Assembly (NCBI RefSeq): GCF_009834535.1
Contig: NC_045697.1
Location: 88,042,001 to 88,106,000, forward strand
Origin: Camelus ferus
Lineage: Eukaryota
DNA length: 64,000 bases
Reading direction: 5' to 3'
Shown: positions 11,750-25,210 of the stretch, piece by piece
Layout of the letters: the number at the start of each line of letters is the position of its first letter
Position numbering within the stretch: position 1 is the stretch's first letter
Position numbers and translations under genes: made by a program
Notes under the pieces: model-generated
The model's input: the letters and a program-made list of their open reading frames with translations, nothing else
Databases searched by the model: none
What the model was told of the DNA's origin: nothing

Positions 11750-14407
11750 TTAACAAATTAGGGTAGAGAATGTGTGTTGAAATGTATGACAAATATAGTG
11801 GCTTACATAATACAGAGTCTATTTTTCTCCTGTATAACAACCCTGAGGTAAACAAGAGGATCTAGGTGAGCAGGTGGCTCTGCCATTCTCAACATTTGGC
11901 TTTCATTCAGAATCCATGTATCATTGCACTGGCATGTCATCTCCCAACCAGGAGAAAGTGGGAATAGGACTAGAAATGCAGTCTTCCAATTTCACTGAGA
12001 ACCAGAAGAACATGCTTTCTTACCTTGGTACTCAACAGTTCTGAGACCAAGCGTATTTTCCTGTTTGTGCACTAAGCATTATTGGGACCGTAGAGAAATT
12101 AATCAACAAACTGCTTCAGAAAATAATTGTTCCTGAAGGATAAGATGGAAAACCAATCAAAATGCCGTACTCATGGAGATGAACAACTTTTTAGTCTAGA
12201 GTGGCTAGTATCCTTGTCTTGGTTGTACCCACCAATCTAAAGTTACTCTGTCATCAACACTGCTTTATTTCAACTATTATTTTACCTTACAAGTTCTGTG
12301 TTAAAAATCACTCATCCTAGTCCTCAGAGTCTACAAATATTTTTCCTTGGATTCTCCTTTCTGAGACACTTCTGTTCATATGATGCTGTCTTTTGATGTA
12401 GTAGGTTTAATAAACTTAGCCTTACTTGATTAACAATTGTTTCTAGTGGTATTTTGGGGAAACTACTTTCCATATGATTAAGGGCAATAACTGCAAATGG
12501 CACAGATCATTTCTGCAAATTCCATTGGCCATAAGTTTGTCATATCTCCTCATTTTGGTCAAAGTTGGGAATTGTAGTATTTGATTTTATAGATTTGTGT
12601 CCTGCTAAAAATATGTTATTATAGAAGAAGGAGAAATTGATACTGGACGACTACTAGTAGTGTGGCATAGACCACTTCTCTGATCATATAAATATTCATA
12701 TTTATCCTTCACATCTATTCACCATTTCTGAAAGGAAGACTAAAAAAAATCTCTGGTCAGTTTATTCCGTATTATTTAGGTGATATTTAGACTTCTCCAT
12801 CAGGTCTGGACAGCGATCTAACAATGTATAACAGACAATTACCAATAATCCTTGCCCTCTATATTCAGTAGTAGATAAGAAATAGGTTAGCTTCAAGCTC
12901 CCATTTTGAAAAAGGACTAATGGAAAAAGCATAGTCATAACAATAATGAATGCCTGAGAAGCAGAAATTGTGAAGACTCTCTTTAAAACCAGTAGAGAAA
13001 TTTTTTTTTTTTTTTTTTTGTTAACATCTGTTTCTACTCTCTGGGAAAAACTCCCTGTTCATTGTCCTCCATGAGAACTGGGGGACTCTTGCTTGTCTGT
13101 TATTGCCCTTGGCCTCATATGAAATTTGCACTGGGGAATATGCAGGCTTGAGGAGGTTCACAACCTCTTTTTGTAGGGAATAGATCAAGCATAAACCTTT
13201 GTAATATAGGCTCACAATGTCTTTGTCAATACAAGTATCTCAAAACCAATTGGCTTCCAGTCTATCTGCTTGTAGTCAGTTTCATGTGAATTAACTACAG
13301 CCAAGGATCTTGTCTAGTCATGGATCTTAAACTTGCCCAAATCCATTTTAGTTACTGGCCTCTGGAATTGGCCCATCTCTTTCCCTCTATTTAATAGCAA
13401 CTGCCTCGAGGCTATCTGAAACAATAGGGATTGGAAAGCAGCATTTCAGTCTAGTCCATGATCTGGCTAGCAGCTTCCATTGTCTGGCCAGGATTACTTG
13501 AGGCTCAGGTCTCAATCTTACCTCATTATATTTAGGGTTTAGCAGTCTTGGCTTTCCAACCATGTACAAGTCAAAATTACTTGCCGCCCGTCACAGTTTA
13601 TATAGATTGCGGGCTGCAGGCAGAGAGTCTCCCTTATCAGAATATATTTTCCATCACATCCGCTTAAAAGGCCTCTCATCAGAGTTTCTATCCTGTTACT
13701 TGTCTAAAAGCTACAAACCATCAGTCAACATATGCCAATATTCTACATCATTTTTGTGAGCTCACTAAAGTACGGACTCTACTGACATTCGATTTTTCTT
13801 TCCAAATTATCTGAGGTAACAGTTTTAACAAATTTGGTTAATGGCCATAATACTACTAGAATAACTGGATTTCCAATCAGCAATTTCTGTATTCATAATA
13901 CTTGCTATTTGCCTGCTAAGCCAGTCACACACATTTATCCTTATATTATTTAAGCATCCTCCTTCTTACACAAATCTTGGCTTAAATTAGGCATCAACCA
14001 CAATGACATTAAAAAAAGATAGATTTTTTATTTCCCTCTCGTGTAGCAGTCCACATGTAGACAATTGATTCAGGGTGGTTAGACATCGCTGCCAATATAC
14101 CTCAACAAAGGGCCTCTATTGATGGATTTAAGGCAGCTTCTCTGGTTCTCACCAACTCCCAGCCAGTAGGGAAAGGAAAAAGAACAACAAAGTACACTTA
14201 CAATTGTTCCAAGGCCAAGATTAAAAAGTAGTACTTATCTCTTTTGCTCACATCCTATTGGCCAAAATTTAGTCACAGCTACAACTAGCCACAAGGAAGA
14301 CGAGGAATTAATTTAGATTTTAGCAGTATCGCTGTGGGCAAGCTATAATTTGATTACCATGAAGAAAGGGAAAATAAATATTCAAGGTTAGCCAAGAGTG
14401 TTTCACA
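11750..14407 (-). mobile_element. MaLR (MLT1-type) element with LTR - internal - LTR organisation
   Basis: Two related LTR-like segments: ~11750-12670 (split by an insert) and ~13975-14407. Both show tatttttctc(c)tgt, cattggcc..tttgtca/ttagtca and gaagaa(a)gg..aaat. They flank ~1.3 kb resembling MLT1-int (gctcccattttgaaaaagga..; cctgctaagccagtcacacacattt). Confidence 0.7.
11996..12472 (+). mobile_element. Solo LTR-like insert nested in the MLT1 LTR
   Basis: TG...CA bounded (~tgagaaccag ... actttcca), AATAAA at 12409-12414; interrupts MLT1 LTR similarity. Family not identified and TSD not evident. Confidence 0.5.
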
Positions 14408-14540
14408 GGGAGGCACCATGGCATATGTAGAACGCACAGACCCTGGCACCAGGAAGCTCTGGGTTGCTGTCAGGCATTTCACTTAGATAAAGGAAAACTG
14501 TAAGGATACCTCTCCACTAAATCTCCCTTCTAACAGTAAA
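14408..14540 (+). mobile_element. MIR-family remnant
   Basis: gggaggcaccatggcatatgtagaacgcacagaccctggcaccaggaagctctgggtt resembles the tRNA-derived MIR 5' end. Confidence 0.45.
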
Positions 14541-14999
14541 ACTTGTCTCACAGCCCTTAAATTAGGTTGGCAGTTGGCAAAAATATCACCTGATCTTGGC
14601 CTCTAGAAACCTTTACTGGATCAGGCTTACCTAGCTGGACCAATAAAATTACTTTTTTTAGGAATGGAGAAATAAAACAAACCTAACAAGGTGAGCCAAG
14701 CAAATTCTTTCTCCCATAATGGAAAATGTAGAGTATACAAGGGTATGATTATACAGAGAAATCATGTCTGTTGCTAGACCTGACCTAATGAAAGGGCCAA
14801 AAACAAGAGACCAACACCATGAATAGAAGGTGAAGAACAGAGTAGCTGATGACCAGTCTCCAGTTTTCATGAGTCCTGACTGTATATTCTGGGATTTATT
14901 TCCATGAGATTCCTCCATATCATGCAATATTCTTTTTTCCTTGAACAATTTGAGTTTTTTTTTCCTTATCAGCAGATATTTTCTGATTCAAGAAATATT

Positions 15000-15230
15000 A
15001 ATACAATCTCAAGATCGCTCAGTCTAACGCAGAGAAATAGACAAATAAATACTGTAGTTCAGGTCCTCGACACAATGCCATCAGAGAGGGAACATTTATC
15101 TCATTAGATCAGGGAAGCTTGGCCTTGAGTGTGAGTGAGATTCTATCAGTTGGAGTAGGAAAGACAAGAAGGCTGCAGGGTAGGGCAGAATTTTTCAGGT
15201 TAGAGCATATTTATGCAGAAGAGAGTATTT
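15000..15230 (-). mobile_element. L2 fragment
   Basis: aagatcgctcagtctaacgcagagaaatagacaaataaata.. resembles antisense L2. Confidence 0.45.
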
Positions 15231-16099
15231 CCATGTGTTTAGAGTTTTTATCTGTTCCATAAATGTCAGTAAACACTGAGAGGTCTCTCTTTTTAGAACT
15301 GAGAATTTGCCAAAGCGTGGGTTTCATATTTCTGTCCTGAGATGTTTAGTTACTGGAACTATTAGAAATGTCTTTATTAATAAACAGTGTAGTGACAGTG
15401 TGATGATGAAGGAAGGGCTACATGAAATATGTAAAGCTCAATAAGTACCCAGTCCTCCTTGCTTTATTTTGTTTTGTTTTATGTTATGTTTTATGTTATG
15501 GGGTATTCTATAGGAGAAAAAAATGTCTTTTTTTCCCCTAAAACATTCCTCTCTGAGTTTATTCTAGATATTCTGACCATTTTACTAGTTGCATAATCGT
15601 GTGGCAAATAACACATATATTTTAAAAAATCTATTTTATGATATAAGTGGCTTTATTTTCATTAATTAGGAAGAAGAGGAGGTTCATTCTGGAATAGAAT
15701 GGCTTCTGCTTCAAACAGACAAATCTCATCATTAATTGGCAGGCTGTAGTCAATTAATATCCAATATGACAGACCAGGTGGCCAGATCCTGGGATAAGTT
15801 TCAAAAGAAAGTACACAAAGTAAATATGTACCTTCTCATCTGGCAGACAAGGGTTTGGAAGATGTGCTGATTATTGGCTTATTGTTAGCCAGAAGTTCAT
15901 GGCTGTTTAGTGTACTGCATTAACTACAGTCGTATTCAGTTTGATTGTCTTCAAAAGATGCAACTTGGAACATTAACGTGATAAACTGCTGTGGAAATGG
16001 ATAGGTTTGTTGCCTAAATACCAAAGAAAGTGTAAACATATTTCAACTTCAAAGTTTGCTTTCAAAAAGATATTCATTCTTAAGCTGGAAAGATACTGG

Positions 16100-16690
16100 T
16101 AGACCTTTCTTCTGAGCTTCAGGTTGATAGATGCAGTAGCCTACTTGATATCTCCACTTGTCTCTCTCACTTACCGTGTTCAAAACTGCACTTTTGATCT
16201 TACTTCACCCACAGCTAATACAGTGTTTTCCTCATCTCAGTAAGTGGTTCTTCCTTGTACCTCGGTGCATAAGCCAAAAGTCTGAAAATAATCCTTGACG
16301 TCAGCCTCTCTCTTGTATATATATCCATTCCATCTCCAAAGCCTGGCTGTTCTACCTACAAAGCATTTGTCACATCTCTGCACTTCTTTTCCTTCTTCGT
16401 TGCCACCATTTTATTCTAAGCTTTACCTCTCTCCTGAATGACTGAAATAATTTCCTAATTCTTCCTACCTCCATTCTTGCCAGTCTTAATCTGATCTATA
16501 CACAATTTAAAAAAAAATTTACACACAGTTTTCAGAATATCTTCAAGATATTTTTGGATCAATTTTATCTCTTATTCAAAGTCTTTGATTGTCATCTCAT
16601 TACATTAAGATAAAAGACAAAATTATTTGCCCTGTGTGTTCTGTCCCTTGCTTGCTTCTCTAGATCCTTACTACACTGTCTCCCTTCTAC
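16100..16690 (+). mobile_element. L2 (L2a/b-like) fragment
   Basis: cctacttgatatctccacttg..tcctcatctcagtaagtgg..aagccaaaagtctg..atccttgac.. is the typical L2 ORF2 3' region. Confidence 0.8.
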
Positions 16691-16839
16691 TCAAGGGTGA
16701 ACTTAGAGGTGGAGGAGATTGATGTGAATTTAAAAGCATTTCTTGAACAAATTGTTTACAACCAAAACTCCTTTGAAATTCACACCACCAGCCCTTCATA
16801 TCCTCAGCACCTCCCCATGTGGACATTCATAGACTTCCA

Positions 16840-17240
16840 GATCACTTTGCCTTGTTAACTGAGAATTTTGGCATTGGCTGAAAGACTTGTCTTTCTGTTC
16901 TTTTCTTGGGAAATAATGGATTTTCCAGACATTGTTTGTTTTCATATTTCTTGACTTCATGAACTCTGATAAATATTAAGGATCTTCCAATTTACTAACC
17001 TATATCCTAACTTGTACTAACTTGCTGTTTGATAAAATTTTATCATGCATTTCTTATGCATTAATTCTTAAATTTAAATATCCCCAGATTTCTTCCTGAC
17101 ATTTCATACTGTTCCTTCTTTTATTCCTGTTTTATTTATCTTATAAAGTTCTCCAATTTATGGTGCTTCCATTTCTTCTGTTTTATGATCCTCCTTGCTC
17201 ACCAGTGCTGAGTCCCATTTCAAAAAACTTAAAAAGCTTC
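16840..17240 (-). mobile_element. Very old L1/HAL1 ORF1-region remnant
   Basis: T-rich tract resembling antisense L1M/HAL1 ORF1 (ttttggcattggctgaaagac..ttttcttgg..gacttcatga); weak. Confidence 0.35.
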
Positions 17241-17631
17241 AAAAACTTTTTACAGAGACCCTCAATATTACAGTAGAAAAACAAAAATGTGGACACATAC
17301 TTCTTCTCTGTCAAGCTTATGACTTTGGCAAGTTACTCAATAGTTGCTTATTCCAGAGTCTAGCTTCTTCTGTTCTCTGCTTGTACTGCTTACTGCAACT
17401 AGGAGAAAGTTGCCACTAAAAATGCTTGGTCTAAAACCTGAGTCAAACCATCCAGTACCTAACCCAACCTTGTCCAGTCAGTCCTTTCAGGGGCCATTCT
17501 ATACATTCAATGTTTTCTTCAATTTCTCTACTTTCTTTTATCTCTTGACTCTCATAGGTAATTTTCTTTTTACTTCTAGGGTCTTGCAAAAAAATTTATA
17601 TACAGTAGAGAATCATAAAGATGTATTTAAT

Positions 17632-17800
17632 TCAGCAGTTCTCAGCTCGGAGGGTAAATTAGAACCATCTGGGAGCTTTTAAAAATACTGATGTCAGGAT
17701 TCTATCTTAGACCAAATAAATTGAACTCTGAGAATGGTGCTCTAATATGGGTATTTTAAAGAAACTCCCAAGTTTTAATGTGCAGCAAGAATTAATCCAT
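17632..17800. mobile_element. MER5-family (hAT-Charlie) MITE
   Basis: cagcagttctcagc..aattagaaccatctgggagcttttaaaaatactgatgtc..tttaatgtgcagc is a MER5A/B pattern. Confidence 0.8.
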
Positions 17801-19040
17801 TGAACCATCAAAACTGCATTAAAACTAGGGTCTTCTGATAATGGAAAATATCAGAATAAGTCAATAACAGTGGACAAATGGAGTTTGAATAGCCGCGTTA
17901 TCCAGCTTAGACCGGCCTTGTGATCCACCACGTGCTGTAGGTGAATTAGCATGTTCTTCAGAGAGCAGCGGTGTTGCATACACAAATAAGAATTGATCAT
18001 CAAAGTGATAGCTATAAACCTGCTGAGAAATGCCTTTTCTGTTCCTTCCCTGAGGCTTCAGGAAGCTACCTCTTCCTTGGATAAACCTGTTGAAGGTGGG
18101 CAGATTGGCTGGCAGCTTCTCTTAAGTGTTGGTATTTGAACTTGGCCTAGGCAAGCACCTCTTGTAATTTACTTTACACTTGGCTGAAAGAAGATGATTT
18201 TATATTTGGGCTAGGGATGAAAGGAGCTTCTGTTTCCCTCTGGGGACCTGTGAAGGATGAGAACATTTACTGTGTGTGGTTTCCCCCCCTTTCCCTGAAA
18301 AGAAATAAAACCACATTGTGCTGTTGCTTCACCTAGTTCAGGCGTGCAGAGCCGAGTAAGCTCCATTCCTCCTGTAGCATGCTGTGTTACAAAAAGCTTG
18401 ACTTGTTTCTGATAACCCAGTGGTGGCATATACCTAATAACCGATTTTACTGTAATATTCCTGAATGTAAAAGCATCATTGCTGCTTCACATCTTCAGCA
18501 AATAATTAAATCTTAGTTTACTGAGACTTCAGATAAGATAACTCAGCCATTTTGTTTAAGTTATATGCCAATTAAAAAAAATCTCTAGTGCTTGGTAGAT
18601 CTGTATACCAAATATCACAAAGAAATGTAGGAAACATAAAAAGAGAGGGTCAGTATTTAACAATCAATCTAGAATAAATTTTAAAGAAATTGCATAAAGG
18701 AAAGAAAGTCATCTTGCTTACCTAAGGAAACTTATCAACTTTTATTTTGACTTCTTGTACTGTTCCAAATAGCTAAAACAGGATTTTATAGAATTTTTCA
18801 AGAAGTGAGAAAATGGCCTTTTAACTTTGTCATTGTTGTTGTTTAACATATCAGGTTACATTCTGAACCAGAAATGTTATAAACAATTTGAAAATGACTG
18901 AGAATAGTCATGTATAAGTAAAACCACAGGTAGAATATAATTCTATTGCTAGGAAAAGGCACCTTAACATATAAATTTTTGAAACATTTATTAAATATTC
19001 CCAATATTTTATTGTTATTTAATATTTTAAGTGAACCAAT

Positions 19041-19152
19041 TCAGACTGTAAGCATTTCTCCATTATTTTATTGGTTGAATTATGTGCACAATGTGCTAAG
19101 TATGATGCCTAGCACATAGTAGAAAACAAGAAAATATTTTGGATTGATTGTT
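19041..19152 (+). mobile_element. L2 3' end
   Basis: agactgtaagc..tgcctagcacatagtag..aaatattttggattgattg. Confidence 0.55.
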
Positions 19153-21451
19153 TAATATTAATATCACCTAATTTTTACCTTATAATGTTCTCAGTAGTAA
19201 TTTTATTTTGACTATACTTTGTATTTTAATTTTTATCTATAGTAAAACAAAATAGAAAAATGAAGACTAAATGAAATTTGTATGTTCATTATTAGCAATT
19301 AATTTCCGAATTTTTACTTCCCACACCTTTTACTTTCCTTTCCTACCTAGCAAAATTTTTATGAGCGTACGTTATAAAGTGGTAAGGGAGGTATATAAGT
19401 AAAAAGAGAAACTTAAAGAAAGAGAAAATAAATTAGAAAAGAAAAAAATATTTAAGTAAGGGCATGGAATGGTTATCTCTAACTAATGGACATATTTTAT
19501 CTTAACAGTACTTTGATTAATTAAGAGTAGTTACACAATTCTTAATTAAGAGGAAATCTTTTTCCGTGACTTTCAATAAGTGATAATTATATGTTGAGGT
19601 TACCTACAGCATGCCGAGCACTTAGAAATTCTAAAGGAAGAGAAGAGTTGGGACCGCTATCTGGAGCATCAGCACTGAGTGTCAGCTTCTCTGTGTTGGT
19701 GTATAGAGTTTATGTGTGATGTATGTGAATGAAGATGTGTGGGCTGTGCCCTGGTTCAAACTTGAGGATACCTATCTTCTTCTAGGATATAGGGTTATGC
19801 TCCACAGATTTGATGGAGTTTTCTTTGTTGGTTTGTTCATTTGTTTTAAGAAATTATGTATTTTACTTTTTACAAAATAACTAAAATCCCATATTTTTAT
19901 CCTTCTTTGGAAACATAGGGACAGAGCAAACTTAATTCACCCTTCCAAAGCCTGAAAATGCTCACTTTGATACAATATATTTGGAATGTGAACTCAATTT
20001 AGTGTTCTGAAATGTGGATTTTTCTTTTCTTGGATTGTATGCAGAATCTCTTCTCCTATCGGAATTAAAACTATTCTTCTTTGCTGCCATATTGGAGGAA
20101 ATCCAATCAAAACCACATGTTGATTTCAATATGAATTCCTCAGCTTAGAAATAAGTCAAGAAGTAGCAAGAAGAACTTGTGATTGAGATCTCAACAGAAA
20201 TAATTTAAGTCTTTCAAAATCCATGCTAATAGAACGCTAATGTTCAATGAACACTTAAGGGTATTGCTGATGGCGTATTTCCACTTCATTGTAAAGTTGA
20301 GGAATTAGCTGAACAATTTCAAAGAAATATACATATATATTCCTCTTCTCTTTAGATGATTCATAGAGAAATACACTTTTCTACTAATTTATCCTTTCAT
20401 TATGCTTGCTTCTAGCATGCTTATCTAAAAGCTGTGAGGTCCAGAGAGTTCATGCGATTTACTGTATAGGGTTTAGAATAATAATTTTGTCCTTAGTAAT
20501 ACCTATAATTAAACATAAATTATTAGAATTATTTAATGTTTGAGAAGAAAATAGAACAAAGTTTTGAAGATCTGCATTTAATTTCTAATCTGGTATTCCC
20601 TCATAATTGGCTGTGAGGGCTTTCATAGTTTAATGCACATTTTCAGCCTTGACTTTAATATATTATCTATAAAACAAATAAGTGGATTAGAGGTTTATAT
20701 CAAATCTCTTAAAGTATTATGTGATGTTACTAACTTTTGAGAAGACTCTTTCTTATTTAATTCTCTAATCACAGGAAATACAGTTTAAATGAAATGTGAC
20801 TAGGCAATTATTTTCCTTGTGCACAGAGTATAAGGATGATAAGGTTACCTTCACAAAGTTTATAACTGAAATGATGTGTAATTTTAAAATGTCCGTATAA
20901 GTCACCTGTAAGTGACTTAGAAGATGAAGTCTTGCTACTTAAAACATAAACCACTCCATTTCTAACTAAATTCATTCTAACTAAATGTCAACGAGATTTA
21001 AAGCCTACGAAAGTCTGAATACTATTCCTACAATCAAAATAAAATAAAAATAAAATATTCTTGTTTCAAATAATTATCAGTTATTTATGTGATTAAGTTA
21101 CAAAGATGGATAGTTATCATGAAAATTCCCAGGAGGCAGCAACACCTGAGCAAGTTACTTAAATTTGATACCCAGTGTTTTTAATATAAATTCTTCAGTC
21201 ATCACTTTAAAGCTGCTTAGATCAGGTCTCTTTTTCATCTACAGTTCACAGAAATCAAAGAAAGAAGGGTCTGAAGCCATACCCTGGAAATTCCTGGTGG
21301 ACTTTGAACATTTGTTTTCATACACTTTTACTATTAATGTATAGCTCTGGGACAGATCCTACTAAGAGCATCTTTAGATTTAGGTTCACTTAAAAATAAT
21401 GTAGTTAGCTCCTTTGTTGTAGATTAATGCTTTAGATTTTGATCACATCTC

Positions 21452-21878
21452 TGTTAGACTGAGAGCTTGACCAAAAACGGGAAAATGTTAAAAAGAAACT
21501 GTAATTCCCAAGTGGAGTCACTTCTACTGGACCTCACCAAGACTTAATACCTAGCCTAATTGCAGTTTCAGCCTCTCACGAGTGGAATTTTAAACCAGTC
21601 AGCTTGGAATTTCCTGGTCAGCATTAGTGAGGTAATATGCACAATATGACCCCCTGAACTTCTTCCTAAAGGAAGGTGACCTAGCCTAAAACAAATCTCT
21701 TTTCTTTTTGCTAATAACCCCCCTTGTCCTGCCCCTATTTCTGTAAAAGCCTTCCTTTTTATATGGGTACTAGGGGGCTTTTTTATTTACTAGATGGTAT
21801 GCTGCCTGATTCATAAGTTATTGAATAAAAGCCAATTAGATCTTCAAATTTTTTCAGTTAAATTTTGTTCTTTTAAAA
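21452..21878 (+). mobile_element. ERV1-class solo LTR
   Basis: Starts TGTTAGA; ends gctgcctgattcataagttattgAATAAAagccaattagatctt..aattttgttcttttaa, typical of ERV1-group LTR R/U5 regions. Confidence 0.75.
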
Positions 21879-21899
21879 GCTTCCTGTGTTAAGACTTTA

Positions 21900-22400
21900 A
21901 GAATTGGACATAGATCCAAGAACTAGAAAGGCAATATGTTTGGATAGAATGGAGGGAGAGAAAATGAGTTGAATTTTGAAGTTACTAGATTTTATGTACC
22001 TAAACCAACATTTAATGGGTCTGCCCAGGTTGACTGGCTGGTGATTATTTGAAGGAGGTTTTCACAGAAAGTGGAGAAAAAAACCTAAAGATAGGTGTCA
22101 TAAAGTAAAAGAAAGAAGAAATAATATTTTAAGTAGCAATGCATTATAAAAAGTGTTAAATAAAAATTGAAAAATGACCACCATATTTAGCAATTAGGTT
22201 CTGGTTATTTTAGTGGGAGGAATTCCAATGAAGTGAAGGAGGCAGGAAAAAAACCGTAGTACGCTGTGTAAATAAGATAAGAAGAGATGGAAACAAGAAT
22301 TGTACATGGACTACTCATTCCATGAGATTGATTGTAAATGAGTTAAAGAATTTAGAAATAGAATTTGTCTAGTAAGAAGTTACTGGAAAGAAATTACAAG
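21900..22400 (-). mobile_element. L2 fragment
   Basis: aaaatgagttgaatttt..; aaaaatgaccaccatatttagcaattagg..; gagattgattgtaaatgag resemble antisense L2. Confidence 0.55.
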
Positions 22401-22519
22401 CAAAGGCATGAGTATAAACAGTGCTACAGAGATTGCTGGGTTGGGGACAGCTTTGCTGAAAGAGAAAGGAGCTTAGTCCTTTTGGCGTAAATCTCAGTTT
22501 TGATGACAGCAGTTTCAGA

Positions 22520-23320
22520 AGGTTGCGTAGTTGTGAGTAAAACTTAGCTCTTTTAATGTCAGGGTACCAGGTTTAAGTAATCAAAACCCTGATAAACACA
22601 AGAAACTATTTTGGCAAAATATAGAATCCTTGTTTCCAGATGGATTACTTTAAAGAGTAAAGAAAAACCTTTCATAATTTCTTATTACCAAGAGCAGACC
22701 AATAGCCCAAGAAAACTTTGTTCTTTAAGCAGATAAAGAAAATTAAGTGATAATTGTACAGAAGTACACTATTGATATTAAAGCTCATTCTTAAACCCCC
22801 CCACAATAACAATTCAGTTTTAGCCAGCTTGATTATACAAGATTCCTTCTCTCTCTTTTTTCTTCTCTCTTTACCCAACTTTCTACATCCATAGTTTGTT
22901 CTTCATTTTCTTCATTCCTATGCTGAAATGACCAAAAGTTTTAATTAAGGTAAAATTCCTCCCATTTCCCTTAACAAGAATGCATCTTCATGCCTCATAC
23001 CTTTTCTCTGCCAAAAAAACACATCCTACTTTCCTTGCACAGAGAGGTTTCCCTTTTAATTTCTAGTAGCTTTAATTCCATATGTTAATTAGAATTCTTA
23101 ATGCTTAGAAACTGTAATTTCTAGTGAAAACTAAGAAGTAAGCAATTGTGGACCGTATGCCATATTACTATTTTTTTTAGATTGGCAAATTTATGAATAC
23201 ATTTCATAATTTCTAGAAACACGTGCTTCTTCACAGTGCAGTCTTTCAGTGTGGCACAGGACATGTTCACTTATGAACACAAATGTATCTTTAGTTTCTC
23301 TGCAATGGGAAGCTAAAAAA
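22520..23320 (-). mobile_element. ERV1 non-autonomous internal-region fragment (MER4/MER34-int-like)
   Basis: aaaacacatcctactttccttg, aattagaattcttaa..aatttctagtgaaaactaagaagtaagcaattgt, gattggcaaatttatgaatacatttcataatttctag resemble MER4-group internal sequence; no intact ORF. Confidence 0.65.
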
Positions 23321-23329
23321 GCAACAGAT

Positions 23330-25210
23330 GTTTTTAAATGATGTTCTTCAAATGAAAGAAATACACAAAGTAAAAAATACGGCAATGCAGGAAGAAATTA
23401 ACATAAAAAGCGTTAATATATAGGTAAATATAAATGTGTGTTGATGTATAGAAAACAACAGTAATAGTATCTTGGAAGATTTAAAATTATATTTCTGTAT
23501 GTAATTAAGGTACACGATGGCATGCATGTTTGGAGCAGCTGTTCTAAAACTTTTACACTATTCAGGAAAACGATAAAATTTTCAATCAATACCTATAGTT
23601 ATTTCTATGGTAACCACGATAACAATAGACATATGATATAAAACTTTCATTAAAAAATGGAAAGATACAAGTACTCTGTCAATTCAAGAAAAGTAGAGAC
23701 CTAGAAAGTACATAGTAAATAAGATAGTTACAATTCCAAAATATGTCACCAAATGTATTGATTTAGAATAAATTAAAATGGACTAGTTACTATAGGTAAA
23801 AGACCAAAAATACCTGACTGGATTAAAAAGTTCTAACTAGGTAATAGATAGGTGGTGGTGTTACCCTCTGACGCAGGAATACAAAATATGTAGAACAGGT
23901 AAAATATAAGGATAAAGAAAGGGTGAAAATAAAAGTGTATTGAAAACTTATAAGCAGAGTAAAAAATCATAGTAGTTATATAATATCAGACAAAGCAGAT
24001 TTTAAGGCATAAGGCATTATTACATGAAAAGAACATCACCGTATGATGCTAATAAACTGGATTCATTGATTACCTATAACTATCCTAATTTTCTTGCACC
24101 TAATACATGGCCTTAAAATATAAAGTAAAGATAGATACACCTAGAAGGAGAATTATACAAATCCTAAATCAGAGATGACTGTTCTAATAAAACTCCCTCA
24201 GTAATTGATGGAACAATTAGACAAAATGTAATGGAAGATACAAAAGACTTGAGCAGCACAATGAACAAATTTGGACTAACACGTGTGATAAATATATAAC
24301 TTTGACCACAGAGTACACATTTTTAGGTGCAGGAAACATTGAAAAATTGACCATATATGAGGTCATAAAGCACATTGTAATACGTTTTTAAAGTTGAAAT
24401 CATGTAATACATGTCCCCTGACCACAATTACATTATGCCAGAAAACAATAAAAGATAGAAGTCCCACCATTTTTTAAAATTAAGAAATACATTTTAAATG
24501 ACCAATATATACCAAAAAAGAAATCACTAAGGAAATTAGAAGTTAACTTGAACTAAATGATATTTAAATATTATATTTCAATACTGTGTAACGCAACCAA
24601 AACCAAGTTTTTAATGGAGGTATATATTCTTAAATGTATATATTAGAAAAGAAGAAGGCTTATAATTGATGATCTAAGAATTAATCTCAAGAAACTAGAA
24701 AAGTAATAGCAACTTGAACCAGAAAAAGTAGAAAGAAGAAAATAAGATAAAAACAGAAAAAATACATTGGACAACATATATACAATAGAGAAGATCAATG
24801 AAGCCAAGTCTTTTCTTTGAATAAACTAATAAAATTGGTGATATTGATCAAGTAATTTTAAAAAATGAATACAAATTACCAATGTCATGAATTTTTAAAA
24901 GTAACAGCCCTATACATCTTTACGATAACAAAAGATTATAAGATGATATTATAAAGTTTTATAGCAATGCATTTGAAAATTTAGATGATATGGCAAAGTT
25001 CCTAGAAAAGCACTTCTTATTACCACTTACTTTTCTAGCTACTGAGATTAAATTTGTAATAAAAAATTTCCCATAAGAAACCTTAAAGCTTTTTTTTTTT
25101 TTCCACAGGAGCCCTACTAAATATTTAAGAAAGAAAAATTGCCAACTTTACACAAGTTCTCTGGAATTTGTGTATATCTAGCATAATATAAATACCAAAC
25201 CTGACATGGT
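23330..25210 (+). mobile_element. Old LINE-1 (L1M), ORF1/ORF2 junction through endonuclease into the RT-proximal region
   Basis: taatatcagacaaagcagattttaagg, gcacctaatac, ccctcagtaattgatggaacaattagacaaaa, aaaattgaccatat, ctcaagaaactagaaaa, tttgaaaatttagatga are degenerate L1 ORF2 EN/linker segments. Confidence 0.85.
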
